From positions 10,254-74,253 of the forward strand of contig JAIXUI010000124.1 of the NCBI GenBank assembly GCA_027484125.1: DNA of 64,000 bases, in the 5' to 3' direction. The notes under the pieces were generated by a model that was not told the DNA's origin, ran no database searches, and saw nothing but the letters and a program-made list of their open reading frames with translations. The position numbers and the translations under genes were made by a program. Below, one piece after another: positions 19,001-28,292 of this stretch (its first letter is position 1; every line of letters begins with the position of its first letter). The DNA is from Bacteroidota bacterium. Its GTDB lineage: Bacteria; Bacteroidota; Bacteroidia; UBA7662; JAIXUI01.

Positions 19001-19146
19001 ATATGTCTGCTTGCGGAAAAAACGCTGTAAAGATAGAAACTCCCGTTAAGGTCGGTTCTGATTTTTAAAAAATTAAGGATTAAGCGAAAAGAGTTAATGC
19101 TTGCTTTAACGTCAGTGAGTTAAAATTTATTTTAACCTACTGATAA

Positions 19147-20076
19147 TCAGAGGAAGCGGGGGGATTTAATGATCACCTTAGGTTTAGCAGGAATTTTAAT
19201 GGTGAAGTCGTAAGCGAGGAAAATCTCGTGAGTTCCATCCTGTTGAGTCCTTAATGATGATGTTGTAATGTCGTAAGAATATCCAAATCGCAATGCATCT
19301 GTGATGTTGGCGCCTATTAAGGCCACGAGTGCATCCTGGCTTGTCCAGGAAGCTCCTAGCCAGATTCTATCGTTGTACATCACATTGGCATTTAAGTCTA
19401 TTTGAGTTGCCCCTGGATTGATTTTAACCAACGCATTAGGAAGCACTTTAAACTTATCTGCAACTTGGAAGGTATAACCACCTTGAAGGTAAACGTTACG
19501 CTCGAAAGGTATCGTTGCATTAGAATTCTCTAATTTGAAAGAAGCTGCATTTACATGCGCCATAGAAACACCGAGGTAATATTTAGAGGTAGAATACCAG
19601 GCTCCTAATCCTAAGTCAAATAAAGTGCTTGAAGTAATGCCTGTTGGGATAAAGCTATCCCCTGCATCAAGTGCTTTGAATTTACTTGGATCTAAAGATC
19701 GACGCATAAATCCAAGGCTAGCGCCGATACCGAGTGTTCCTTCTTTGATTTTTTTGTGGTATGAATAATTCAAGCTAGCACCTTGGGTACGAAAACTAAA
19801 TCCAAACTCATCACTCATTACCGACAAACCAACACCGCCTCTTAAGATTTTAACAGGCGAATGAATGGTAAAAGTAGTAGTGAGGGGAGAACCAGGGCCA
19901 AGACCTGCCCACTGAGTTCTGTGCATGAGCATAGCGCTGATACCGTTTCTCATACCGGCTGACCCAGGGTTGAGCACCAAGGTATTAAACATGAAGTGGT
20001 TGAACTTTGGGTCCTGCTGAGCAAAAGCAGAAATCATAGTCAACGCCAAGACTCCGGTTAGTAGGTATCGTTTCAT
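19147..20076 (-). CDS. porP: type IX secretion system membrane protein PorP/SprF family
   Basis: Signal peptide plus AQQDPKFNHFMFNTLVLNPGSAG, the hallmark PorP/SprF N-terminus. It lies directly upstream of gldK, as in porP-porK-porL-porM-porN. Confidence 0.8.
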   Translation of the reverse strand: MKRYLLTGVLALTMISAFAQQDPKFNHFMFNTLVLNPGSAGMRNGISAMLMHRTQWAGLGPGSPLTTTFTIHSPVKILRGGVGLSVMSDEFGFSFRTQGASLNYSYHKKIKEGTLGIGASLGFMRRSLDPSKFKALDAGDSFIPTGITSSTLFDLGLGAWYSTSKYYLGVSMAHVNAASFKLENSNATIPFERNVYLQGGYTFQVADKFKVLPNALVKINPGATQIDLNANVMYNDRIWLGASWTSQDALVALIGANITDALRFGYSYDITTSSLRTQQDGTHEIFLAYDFTIKIPAKPKVIIKSPRFL

Positions 20077-20288
20077 TCAGTGGTTACAATGGAATGTATT
20101 ACGCTAAATAATGGAATTGCTAAGGCAAATCCAAAATTTAGGCTTCAAAATAAATTGCCTTAACAATCTAAGAAGGCAAATAACAGCATCCAATTCCATC
20201 TATGAGTCCAATTTCTGTCCTCTGGATTCTCTGGTAGATGCACGAAATGTGTCTCTTAAATCCTTTGTAAAGATTATGTTCTTGAAAC

Positions 20289-21140
20289 TCATTTCTTGGG
20301 TTTCAAGGCTTGAAAGAAGCTTTTTAGGGTTTCTCGTGGATACAACTGATCGATAAAATTGAACTGTCCACCTGACAGTTTCTCTCCCCCATCAATGGTT
20401 AAAACGGCACCATTTACGTAAGATGAAGCCTCGCTCATTAAGTACAGTGCGGCGTGCTGAATTTCTTCGGGCTTACCGTACCGTTTACTCGGATTTTTTG
20501 AGAGAAACACTTTTTCAAAGCGAGGATCTGGAACTAATCGGGTCCAGGCTCCCTCGGTAGGGAAAGGGCCAGGGGCAAGCGCATTTACTCTAATGTGGTA
20601 GTTAGCCCATTCAAATGCGAGCGACTTAGTCATGGCTTCTACCCCAGCCTTGGCACAGGCAGAGGGTAACACAAACGCACAACCGGTATCGGTATAGGTA
20701 GTAACCACATTGATTATAGTACCCGGCAAGCCTTGTTCAATCAAAGCTTTTCCAAAATACAAACTGCTGTAAAAGCTTCCATTAAGTACAGTATCTACCA
20801 CAGCTTTGAAGGCATTTGGACTAAGATCTTCTGATGCTGACAAAAAATTGCCGGCAGCATTGTTTACCAAGCCATTGAGGGGGCCGGAAACAGAAGCGAA
20901 GTATTGGATCATGGCTTCTACTTGCTCGGGTTGTTTTACATCTGCAACGTAAACATTAGCTTGTTTTCCAGAAACTTTGAGAATGGAGGCTTTAGCTAAT
21001 TCCAGGCGTTCCGCATTTCTACCACAAATGCTGACTTGTGCTCCGTGTGAAGCGAACGCTTGAGCCATTAACAATCCAAGTCCGCTACCGCCTCCGGTAA
21101 CGAGAATATGTTTGTCTTTCAATAAATCCGGTGAGTACAT
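20289..21140 (-). CDS. SDR-family oxidoreductase
   Basis: ILVTGGGSGLGL Rossmann motif with classical SDR spacing. Track start 21143 is GTG; ATG at 21140. Confidence 0.7.
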   Translation of the reverse strand: MYSPDLLKDKHILVTGGGSGLGLLMAQAFASHGAQVSICGRNAERLELAKASILKVSGKQANVYVADVKQPEQVEAMIQYFASVSGPLNGLVNNAAGNFLSASEDLSPNAFKAVVDTVLNGSFYSSLYFGKALIEQGLPGTIINVVTTYTDTGCAFVLPSACAKAGVEAMTKSLAFEWANYHIRVNALAPGPFPTEGAWTRLVPDPRFEKVFLSKNPSKRYGKPEEIQHAALYLMSEASSYVNGAVLTIDGGEKLSGGQFNFIDQLYPRETLKSFFQALKPKK

Positions 21141-21154
21141 CACCGAAAATAAAG

Positions 21155-21922
21155 CTATCGATTGACTTTTTTGATGTAATCTTCTATCGCTCCCGGCATA
21201 GAGGGTGCCGTTGCGGTTGGGGCTTCTACATCTAGCCTCAAATTGGCATCACGCACAGCGGCTTGCGTACTTTGACCGAATGCAGCAATGCGGGTGTTTT
21301 TTTGTTCAAAAGCAGGAAAATTCTCGAAAAGGCTTTTCACTCCGTATGGACTAAAAAACGCAATCATGTCGTAATTCACATCCTTCAAATCTGACAAATC
21401 GTTGGAAACTGTTTTAAACATGATAGCTTCCTGAATGTGAATATTTAACCTATTGAGCTCATTGATGAAATCACCCTGCATTTTATCGGTACAAGGAAGT
21501 AAAAACTTCTCATCCTTGAATTTGGTAATGTTAGGAATCAAGTCTGTCAATCGGCCATTGCCGTAAAAGACTTTTCGTTTTCGAAGTTGAATGAACTTCT
21601 GAACGTAAACTCCGATGTTTTCAGATATGCAGAAGTACTTAGTGGTGGCAGGAACTTCAATTCTCAGGTCAGTACAAAGCCTAAAGAAATTATCTATGGC
21701 ATACCTGCTGTTGAATATCACGCATGTATAGTCAGCCAAATTGATTTTTTGCTGCCTAAAATCTTTAGCGTTTACACCTTCTACCTTGATAAAGGGCCTG
21801 AAGTCAATCTTTATATTGTACTTCTTAGCAATATCGTGGTATGGATTCCGAACATTGTCAGGTTGAGGTTGAGAAACCAGTATGCTTTTGACCTTCGGGA
21901 TCCGTGCGTTTTGCTCACTCAT
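21155..21922 (-). CDS. hemD: uroporphyrinogen-III synthase
   Basis: ~255 aa, KSILVSQPQPDNVRNPYHDIAKKYNIKIDFRPFIKVEGVNAKDFRQQK resembles Bacteroidota HemD. It overlaps the upstream DUF4271 gene. Confidence 0.6.
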   Translation of the reverse strand: MSEQNARIPKVKSILVSQPQPDNVRNPYHDIAKKYNIKIDFRPFIKVEGVNAKDFRQQKINLADYTCVIFNSRYAIDNFFRLCTDLRIEVPATTKYFCISENIGVYVQKFIQLRKRKVFYGNGRLTDLIPNITKFKDEKFLLPCTDKMQGDFINELNRLNIHIQEAIMFKTVSNDLSDLKDVNYDMIAFFSPYGVKSLFENFPAFEQKNTRIAAFGQSTQAAVRDANLRLDVEAPTATAPSMPGAIEDYIKKVNR

Positions 21923-22823
21923 TGAGGAGAAACTTTATCAAGACCAATGTGGGGAGTAATTCAGAGGCGCAAAGGTAAAAAAGAAAATGAATCCTGCTTG
22001 TCATTAATTGCCCCCCCAATTGCATTCCACGTACGAATCTCAGGCCTGTAAACAGAAAAAACAGGCCTATTGATATGAATAACGACCATTTTGCCCAAAA
22101 TGGAGTTGAAAAAAACATCCAAAAAACTAATGGCAATAACATTAATCCGAGGCACCTATTGATCTTAAATACGATATTCAGATAAGAAAGCAAGGCTTCT
22201 TTGAATCCGAAGAGCAGTCCGGTGGTTCTGTAAAAAATGGATTTGGCTCCATAAATAGCAGCTACCACTAAGACAAAAACCGGGAGGGCACTTTCTTTAA
22301 ACGGATAGTCGAGTAAACGGTGGCATGAAAACCATGCTAGTAGAGCGATGACACAAAAAAAAATGAAGTTGAAAAGAACATGAACGGGCTGAATGTCATC
22401 TCGCCATCGCTCTGTGTAGGTACTCGGCTTTTTTATCAACCAAGTCAAGGGTTGTAGCACATCAGGATGCACTCTAAGGCCTGCTGATGCTAGCAAAGCC
22501 AAAAGAATCAGGAATATCATCAACCAGTCTTTCCAGAGATTTCTTTTCAGCGGAATCCCATCTTTTCTGATTTGTGTAAAACATGGCCATCTTAGGGCTA
22601 AGTCTGGATCAAGTAAAGAAGGAATTGGGAAATATCGGCAATGCGATTCGGGAAGAAGAAGATAGGATGGTCTAGCTCGTACTGCATCAGAAAAAAACGA
22701 GACAGAATCTCTCTTAAAGGCATTTTCCGTGGATATTGAATCCTGTAAAATGGATTCAATAGGCTGGCTTAGCCCCTGAAATACGAGCAACATCAATAAA
22801 ACAAACGTAAGCCAGAAGCGCAT
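21915..22823 (-). CDS. DUF4271-like polytopic membrane protein
   Basis: Multiple hydrophobic helices. DUF4271-hemD is a conserved pair in Bacteroidota. The track start 22877 is TTG. The first ATG at 22823 gives MRFWLTFVLLMLLVF... Confidence 0.5.
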   Translation of the reverse strand: MRFWLTFVLLMLLVFQGLSQPIESILQDSISTENAFKRDSVSFFSDAVRARPSYLLLPESHCRYFPIPSLLDPDLALRWPCFTQIRKDGIPLKRNLWKDWLMIFLILLALLASAGLRVHPDVLQPLTWLIKKPSTYTERWRDDIQPVHVLFNFIFFCVIALLAWFSCHRLLDYPFKESALPVFVLVVAAIYGAKSIFYRTTGLLFGFKEALLSYLNIVFKINRCLGLMLLPLVFWMFFSTPFWAKWSLFISIGLFFLFTGLRFVRGMQLGGQLMTSRIHFLFYLCASELLPTLVLIKFLLNE

Positions 22824-22877
22824 GAAGGGCAAAAGTAAGCAAGAGTTGGCTTTGGAGAAGAGGAATGGCCTATACAA

Positions 22878-24377
22878 CTAGAAGATAAGCCGATAACCCA
22901 AATGAACTTTCGCGAGGTTAAGCTGAAGGGGTTGTCCAGAAAATGCTCCGGATGCATAAATAAGCTGAAACTGTCCGGCTTTCACTTTTAACCCTAATCC
23001 AAGGCCTAAAGACCTGGCTTGAAATACCTGATTTTGCCTGAGTCCTTGTGCCCATTGAATGGAAAACATTAAATAACTGGCAGCATCAAGAAAAAAGCGC
23101 GGCTCGGAAGTAATCAAAAGCCAACGAGCACTTAACAAAGAGGCTTCATCAAAGCCTCTTAAGCTGTTGACACCACCAAGCCGAAACAAATCCGCAGCAA
23201 CAAGCTGTTGAGATTCAAGTCCTTGAAGTAGAAAACCGGCACTATGTGCTAATCTTGACCAAATCGGAGTATGCCATTGAGCATTCAATGCATAACTCCA
23301 GGCCGGTTTGCTCACCTCGTTTTGAACTCGATTTCCGGCAGCCAACTCTGCTTTTACTTTCCATCCCCTTATTGGTAACTGTGGCTGATCGAGCTTTTGG
23401 TATGTTCCTGTGATGCCCCAGGATTGAAATGAAAGTGTGCTAAAATTGGCTAATACTGTTTGAATTGGAAAGGTTTGTCGACTTCGAAAAAAGAAGCGCA
23501 ACTGAGTATTTTGACCTGCTTTAAACATGAGGCTTAATTCCGGCTCAAGTTCTAAGAAGGTAGAATCTCTTCGAAAGAGGTTGACATTCAATTGTGTCCC
23601 CCATGCGGAAGCACCGATATATGGAAGTGTTGCAAGTAATTCGAATTGCTGACTTCCTCCTGGAAATGAGCGATAATGCAAGCGCATTTGGTCGGCATGT
23701 CGGAATGCATTTTTGAAATCAAGCAGCAAATCTCCTGTTACTCGAACGTCATTTTCTCCTGCTTGAAAGCCCAAAATTCCTTCTGCCTGGGTGGACTTTT
23801 CTGCTTGAATAGGAATCTGCCAAATTGCTTTTCCATTTTCAAAAAATACCATTGGCGTATCCGTTAAACTGATAAATTCAAGTTGTGCTACACGACTTCT
23901 GAATTGAGCATAACTTAACCAACTGAATTGGCGGTTAGCTTCGAGTCCTAAAGCTTTGGCTAACACCCTCCTTCTAACCGGGCTTGTATCCGGAATTTTA
24001 ATTTCCCCAATGTGGTATGCTTGATTTAAGCTAAACCGCCAGATTACCTGCCACTTTTGCGGCTGTCCTGCTAAGGTATCTAATTGAAAAGTGGCAAATG
24101 GATAGCCGTTTTTTGCCGCTTGTTGAAGCAATTTGGCAGCTTGTAGCCAAAAATATGCAGAGTCAGGAGCTTCTTTTTGACTTAGTATTCTCCAAAATTT
24201 TGGATTCCATTGCTTTAGTTTGGAAGATGAGCTGGTGTTGCTGGAATCAATGAACTGAACCTGCCGGATGTCAAGGGGAATGACTAGGGTTGAAGATTGA
24301 GCACAACAAAAATTCAGGCAGAACAGAAATGCTCCAATTGAATAAAAGAATCGCACCAATGTGACCAATTTCACCAA
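22878..24377 (-). CDS. Omp85-superfamily outer-membrane transporter (BamA/TamA/TpsB-like, single POTRA)
   Basis: Signal-peptide-like N-terminus. The C-proximal LFRLGGVNSLRGFDEASL matches the Omp85 loop-6 motif (GG..S.RG[FY]), and the terminal residue is F (YRLIF). It starts at TTG or GTG with no in-frame ATG for ~170 codons, and overlaps the upstream gene by 7 nt. Confidence 0.7.
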   Translation of the reverse strand: MVKLVTLVRFFYSIGAFLFCLNFCCAQSSTLVIPLDIRQVQFIDSSNTSSSSKLKQWNPKFWRILSQKEAPDSAYFWLQAAKLLQQAAKNGYPFATFQLDTLAGQPQKWQVIWRFSLNQAYHIGEIKIPDTSPVRRRVLAKALGLEANRQFSWLSYAQFRSRVAQLEFISLTDTPMVFFENGKAIWQIPIQAEKSTQAEGILGFQAGENDVRVTGDLLLDFKNAFRHADQMRLHYRSFPGGSQQFELLATLPYIGASAWGTQLNVNLFRRDSTFLELEPELSLMFKAGQNTQLRFFFRSRQTFPIQTVLANFSTLSFQSWGITGTYQKLDQPQLPIRGWKVKAELAAGNRVQNEVSKPAWSYALNAQWHTPIWSRLAHSAGFLLQGLESQQLVAADLFRLGGVNSLRGFDEASLLSARWLLITSEPRFFLDAASYLMFSIQWAQGLRQNQVFQARSLGLGLGLKVKAGQFQLIYASGAFSGQPLQLNLAKVHLGYRLIF

Positions 24378-26473
24378 GATGCTAAATTCCTGCCGCCCAA
24401 GTTATAAGTTAGGCGCGTAAAAAAGTACTTTTCACTATACTGACTATCAGCTACTTTACGATTGGTAAAAGGAGAAAGTCCACCTTCTATATCAAGTTGA
24501 AATCCTTTTATTCCTTTATAGGCTAATCGTATAAAGTATTGCTCTCGCTTGGTATCCTGAACACCATCGCCCATGACCATGTTGTTTCGTCCTGCACCTA
24601 AACTAGTGGTCAATTTCGCTTTTCTATTCTCGTAACCTAACATTCCGAGCCAAGAATCTGACTGGTTGTTATTGCTTGCCAACCTAACAAAATCGATTCT
24701 GGAAGCGTTGTAGTTGATTTCTAGTTGGAGAGGGAAGGAATATCGTTGACTAAAGATTACTCCCCAAGCATTCAATGAATTGTCATTTCCGGTTCTTACC
24801 CAATCGTTACGTTGTGTCATGTTGTATTGAACACTAAGAAAGTTATCAATGCCTTGCAAGTTTACATTCCAAGAGGCTCCAACGGAAAGGTTGAGGGTTC
24901 GATCGTCGGTATTTCCTGTGATGCTAAGGTTATTCCCGGTGCTCAAACGGCTTTGAAACAACAAATTGGTAAAGATTTGTGGTTTCCCGACTCCCGGACT
25001 GTAGGTTATATTCGTTGATGCCGAGTGATTGTTAATGGTAGATAACTGAGTGCCGGCTAAATTATTTCTCAGGTTGAAATATCGAAGGTTTACAAAAATC
25101 CGTCTTTTAAAAAGATCGAACCTGTCAGTGAATAAAAATTGCTGTTGGTCATTTCTCATAAATGGATTAGCTAAAGATTCATAGGATGAACCGATGCGCA
25201 TAAACTCAAAAAACAAATCTTGGCGCAAGACCTTTAAACTGAGGTTAGCATAACCAGCAAAAACAGCCTCGCTGAGGTAAGTAGTAGAAGCGTTGATTAC
25301 CAGTAATCTTGCTACATCACGTGGCTCAATGGGAAAATTAGTTTCTAATACTGAATCTATCCTTGATTTCCTTTCCACACCAAGAAATGTGTTGGAAGTT
25401 ATCAAAGTTCCAGACAACCCGACTCCTAAACGTATTCTTTTCTTCCAGAAAAATCGGGTATGATCGAGATTGGCGCCCAGGTTATCCTTAGGATTTTGAC
25501 CAAAACGAATGGAGGAAGTATCGTCTTTAGCCTTCATAATGGTGATACCGGTTTTCGCATTTTTAGAAACTGTATTTCCCATTTCAACTCGCAATGCCAT
25601 AACCATTCTTTTGTAAATACCAGGCATGATGTAAGTAGAATCACTATTTAGGTTGGGTGGCACAAAACCCTGAGATGGGTTATAGGTAAATTTTTGCCCT
25701 TCTAGCGCACGGTTGAGTTCACCATATAGGAAGGTGGCCTTAAATCGTGGGTAACTAATCCCGCCTTGAATTCCCCGAACGCGAGTTCCGGAGAACAAAA
25801 GTCGATCGAAGGATGGATTTAAGTCGCCCACTAAAACCTCCAGGTGTTTGGTCTGAATTCCTGTTTGGAAAAAATTCCTGCTTTGTACATTAGGCTGAAA
25901 GGTGTTCTCATCTGTTGACAAAGTCATTTTCAAAGGGATTCGAATATGCTTATGGACCAAAGCAGTATTCAGAAACAAGAAATTAGTTTGTGAAGGTTCT
26001 TGTCTTAAATCCTTGCCTTTACCTTCTAAAACAGTTTGCCTAGTTTCGGCGATAACATTGCCGGTTAATGCCCATACATCCCCCAAAAACTTCTTTTTAT
26101 CTGATTTTACAAGGCCCTTACTTGGATCATCAGCACCTTTTAAGCGTATAACTTTGAACTTAGATTCTGTTAAAATTATCAAGCCTGAATCTGTTTTTAA
26201 ATTCACCCTTAGAAAGTGAGTTCCGGGAATAAGAGGTTGCCTGAGTAGCGCAGTAACCGCCTTAGGAACTTCTCTAAATTGTGCTGAGATATCTTGAGCG
26301 TCTAGTAGAAACTGCAACTTAGATATGGGATACTTACTGCTAATGCTGATATGAACAAACACATCTCCGGGAAAAAACTCTTCTCCATCCTGAGGTGCAT
26401 TGATGCTAACATCATGCTGTCCAAAAGCCAGTTGGCAGGATACAAGAAATAAAAACAGTAAAAGTATCCTCAT
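24371..26473 (-). CDS. hypothetical outer-membrane beta-barrel-like protein (700 aa)
   Basis: Signal peptide MRILLLFLFLVSCQLAFGQ from the ATG at 26473 (track start 26479 is TTG). It has alternating-hydrophobic, N/S/T/G/Y-rich beta-strand character and a C-terminal aromatic residue (LASW). I recognise no family. Confidence 0.5.
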   Translation of the reverse strand: MRILLLFLFLVSCQLAFGQHDVSINAPQDGEEFFPGDVFVHISISSKYPISKLQFLLDAQDISAQFREVPKAVTALLRQPLIPGTHFLRVNLKTDSGLIILTESKFKVIRLKGADDPSKGLVKSDKKKFLGDVWALTGNVIAETRQTVLEGKGKDLRQEPSQTNFLFLNTALVHKHIRIPLKMTLSTDENTFQPNVQSRNFFQTGIQTKHLEVLVGDLNPSFDRLLFSGTRVRGIQGGISYPRFKATFLYGELNRALEGQKFTYNPSQGFVPPNLNSDSTYIMPGIYKRMVMALRVEMGNTVSKNAKTGITIMKAKDDTSSIRFGQNPKDNLGANLDHTRFFWKKRIRLGVGLSGTLITSNTFLGVERKSRIDSVLETNFPIEPRDVARLLVINASTTYLSEAVFAGYANLSLKVLRQDLFFEFMRIGSSYESLANPFMRNDQQQFLFTDRFDLFKRRIFVNLRYFNLRNNLAGTQLSTINNHSASTNITYSPGVGKPQIFTNLLFQSRLSTGNNLSITGNTDDRTLNLSVGASWNVNLQGIDNFLSVQYNMTQRNDWVRTGNDNSLNAWGVIFSQRYSFPLQLEINYNASRIDFVRLASNNNQSDSWLGMLGYENRKAKLTTSLGAGRNNMVMGDGVQDTKREQYFIRLAYKGIKGFQLDIEGGLSPFTNRKVADSQYSEKYFFTRLTYNLGGRNLASW

Positions 26474-26475
26474 CC

Positions 26476-28275
26476 TCAACGATTACGTTTGTCCACAGCA
26501 ACTACTCTTTTAAAAGAACGCTCACTTTTCTGGCCAAACCTATTTACTGCAATCATTTCAATGATGTAGGCATTGCCGTAACTAAGTTTGGTGGTGTAAG
26601 AGGATAACTTGGCGTTTAAAACATCCTCTGTTGCAACCGCTTGACCATTTATAAAAATCTGAAATCCTTTCAAATCCCTGCGATAATCATGTTTCCACGA
26701 AATCGTTACTTGATTGCTATCCACCCGTACTGGAAGCAAGGAAGGGCTCAACACATAATTACCTGGTACATATATCTTTAGTGTGTCACTGAGCTTGCTT
26801 TCCATTTTCGTTTTTCCTCTCGCAGAGATTCTAAACATGTACTCATCGCCCATGGTATTGAATATCTCATAACGAAATTTATTTCCTTTAGTAGGAGATA
26901 TATTCCCCATGAGTATAATCTCTTTAGAAGGAGGAGAGTTGGCATAAATCATATATTCCTCTGTGTCTTCGTCATTTGGCGATGGCGAATCCCAGGTAAG
27001 ATTGACTACGTAACGTGACCCTTCTCTGTTGACTTGACCTGCAAGTCCTTTGGGTACAGGCGGAATGATAACAGCTTCATGAAAGATGGCCACAGTTGGG
27101 CTCATTCCGAGGGTATCCTTATCCGCCATAACGAGCATTCTATAATAATAAGTTTCGCTCTCTCGGTTGCTGATTTTCTTATCCTCAAACTGCCTTAAAT
27201 CGGGAGGTAACAACGCTGAAATGGTTCTCCAACTGTCCTTATCGGATGCTCGTTGGATATAAAAACCGGTAATTTGGGATTCATCGGCTTTCAAAAACTG
27301 CCAGCTTAATGGTATGCTTCGAGAAACCGCTTTTCCTTGAATATTGACTTTGGGCATTTTGACCGGTTCAGGAAAGCGCGGAGGCAGATATTCATACATA
27401 ATCCGTTTTCCTTCTGTTCCAAAAAGAGAAACCGGAGCTACCGCATAAACCATTTTTTCTGACGCGAGAGTCGAGGGGTCAATCACACTGCCTTCGGCAG
27501 TTTCAGTATTAGAATAAACCCAAATGGGGGTCCTGTTCAGCCGTAATTGTTTCTTGCCATCCAGCTTATAAACATTGAAGCCATTAACTCCAAATGCCAG
27601 GTATTGAGTATAGTTAAGCGACCACTTAATTCGGGTATTTGAAAACTTAGAAGGGCCTGATGCTGAGACTTTTAAATCCATAGCAATTGGACCATTGGCC
27701 ATGTTCTTAGTATTGATGGTTCTAATCGGCTCTGTTGGATCTGAGACAGAGTTTGTCAATACAAACAGTCCATATTCCCATTCGTTGAAGCCTTCCGTTT
27801 TATCAATAATTCCGAATCCTTGAATGAAGGCCATATCAACATCCAATCCGAAGGAAACATTTAATCCTTTCACAGCATCCTGAGACTCAGCAAGCCTGGT
27901 AAGAAACTCAGCCGAAGTGGTTGGTTTTACCTTTCCAGTACTGAGCCAATTGTTCAACTTGGCTTTAATCCGTGCTGCTTCAGTTTCAGATTTTATTTGA
28001 TTGGCTAAGCTTTTAGCGGGATCAACAGAAGGATAAATCCATTCTAGCGTAACCTGCTCCCAGCGGGCATTTAGATTGAGTGGCTTTCTCTTGGCTATTT
28101 TAAATGCCTTCCAGTTGGGATTCCATTGCTCCACAATCCAAACCAGTTTAACTTGATTGCGAATGTTTTCTCCAACAAATCGAACATTTTTACCTTGACC
28201 ATAAGTAGAATAATTGATAAGAAATAAGGAAAAGACAAGGATTCCTGAAATACGGAGAGAAAAGTGCTTTTTCAT
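26476..28275 (-). CDS. secreted fibronectin type III domain-containing protein
   Basis: Signal peptide MKKHFSLRISGILVFSLFLINYSTYGQ. The C-terminal half carries about three FN3-like modules (PKVNIQGKAVSRSIPLSWQF..., PPVPKGLAGQVNREGSRYVVNLTWDSP..., LPVRVDSNQVTISWKHD...GFQIFINGQ). Confidence 0.55.
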   Translation of the reverse strand: MKKHFSLRISGILVFSLFLINYSTYGQGKNVRFVGENIRNQVKLVWIVEQWNPNWKAFKIAKRKPLNLNARWEQVTLEWIYPSVDPAKSLANQIKSETEAARIKAKLNNWLSTGKVKPTTSAEFLTRLAESQDAVKGLNVSFGLDVDMAFIQGFGIIDKTEGFNEWEYGLFVLTNSVSDPTEPIRTINTKNMANGPIAMDLKVSASGPSKFSNTRIKWSLNYTQYLAFGVNGFNVYKLDGKKQLRLNRTPIWVYSNTETAEGSVIDPSTLASEKMVYAVAPVSLFGTEGKRIMYEYLPPRFPEPVKMPKVNIQGKAVSRSIPLSWQFLKADESQITGFYIQRASDKDSWRTISALLPPDLRQFEDKKISNRESETYYYRMLVMADKDTLGMSPTVAIFHEAVIIPPVPKGLAGQVNREGSRYVVNLTWDSPSPNDEDTEEYMIYANSPPSKEIILMGNISPTKGNKFRYEIFNTMGDEYMFRISARGKTKMESKLSDTLKIYVPGNYVLSPSLLPVRVDSNQVTISWKHDYRRDLKGFQIFINGQAVATEDVLNAKLSSYTTKLSYGNAYIIEMIAVNRFGQKSERSFKRVVAVDKRNR

Positions 28276-28292
28276 GGCTCATTCCTCCTAGA

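Noticed and set aside
19119-19136. Perfect palindrome GTTAAAAT-T-ATTTTAAC just downstream of porP
   Set aside because: It is a pure A/T stem without a following U-run on the minus strand, so it is too weak to call a terminator. porP and gldK are likely co-transcribed.
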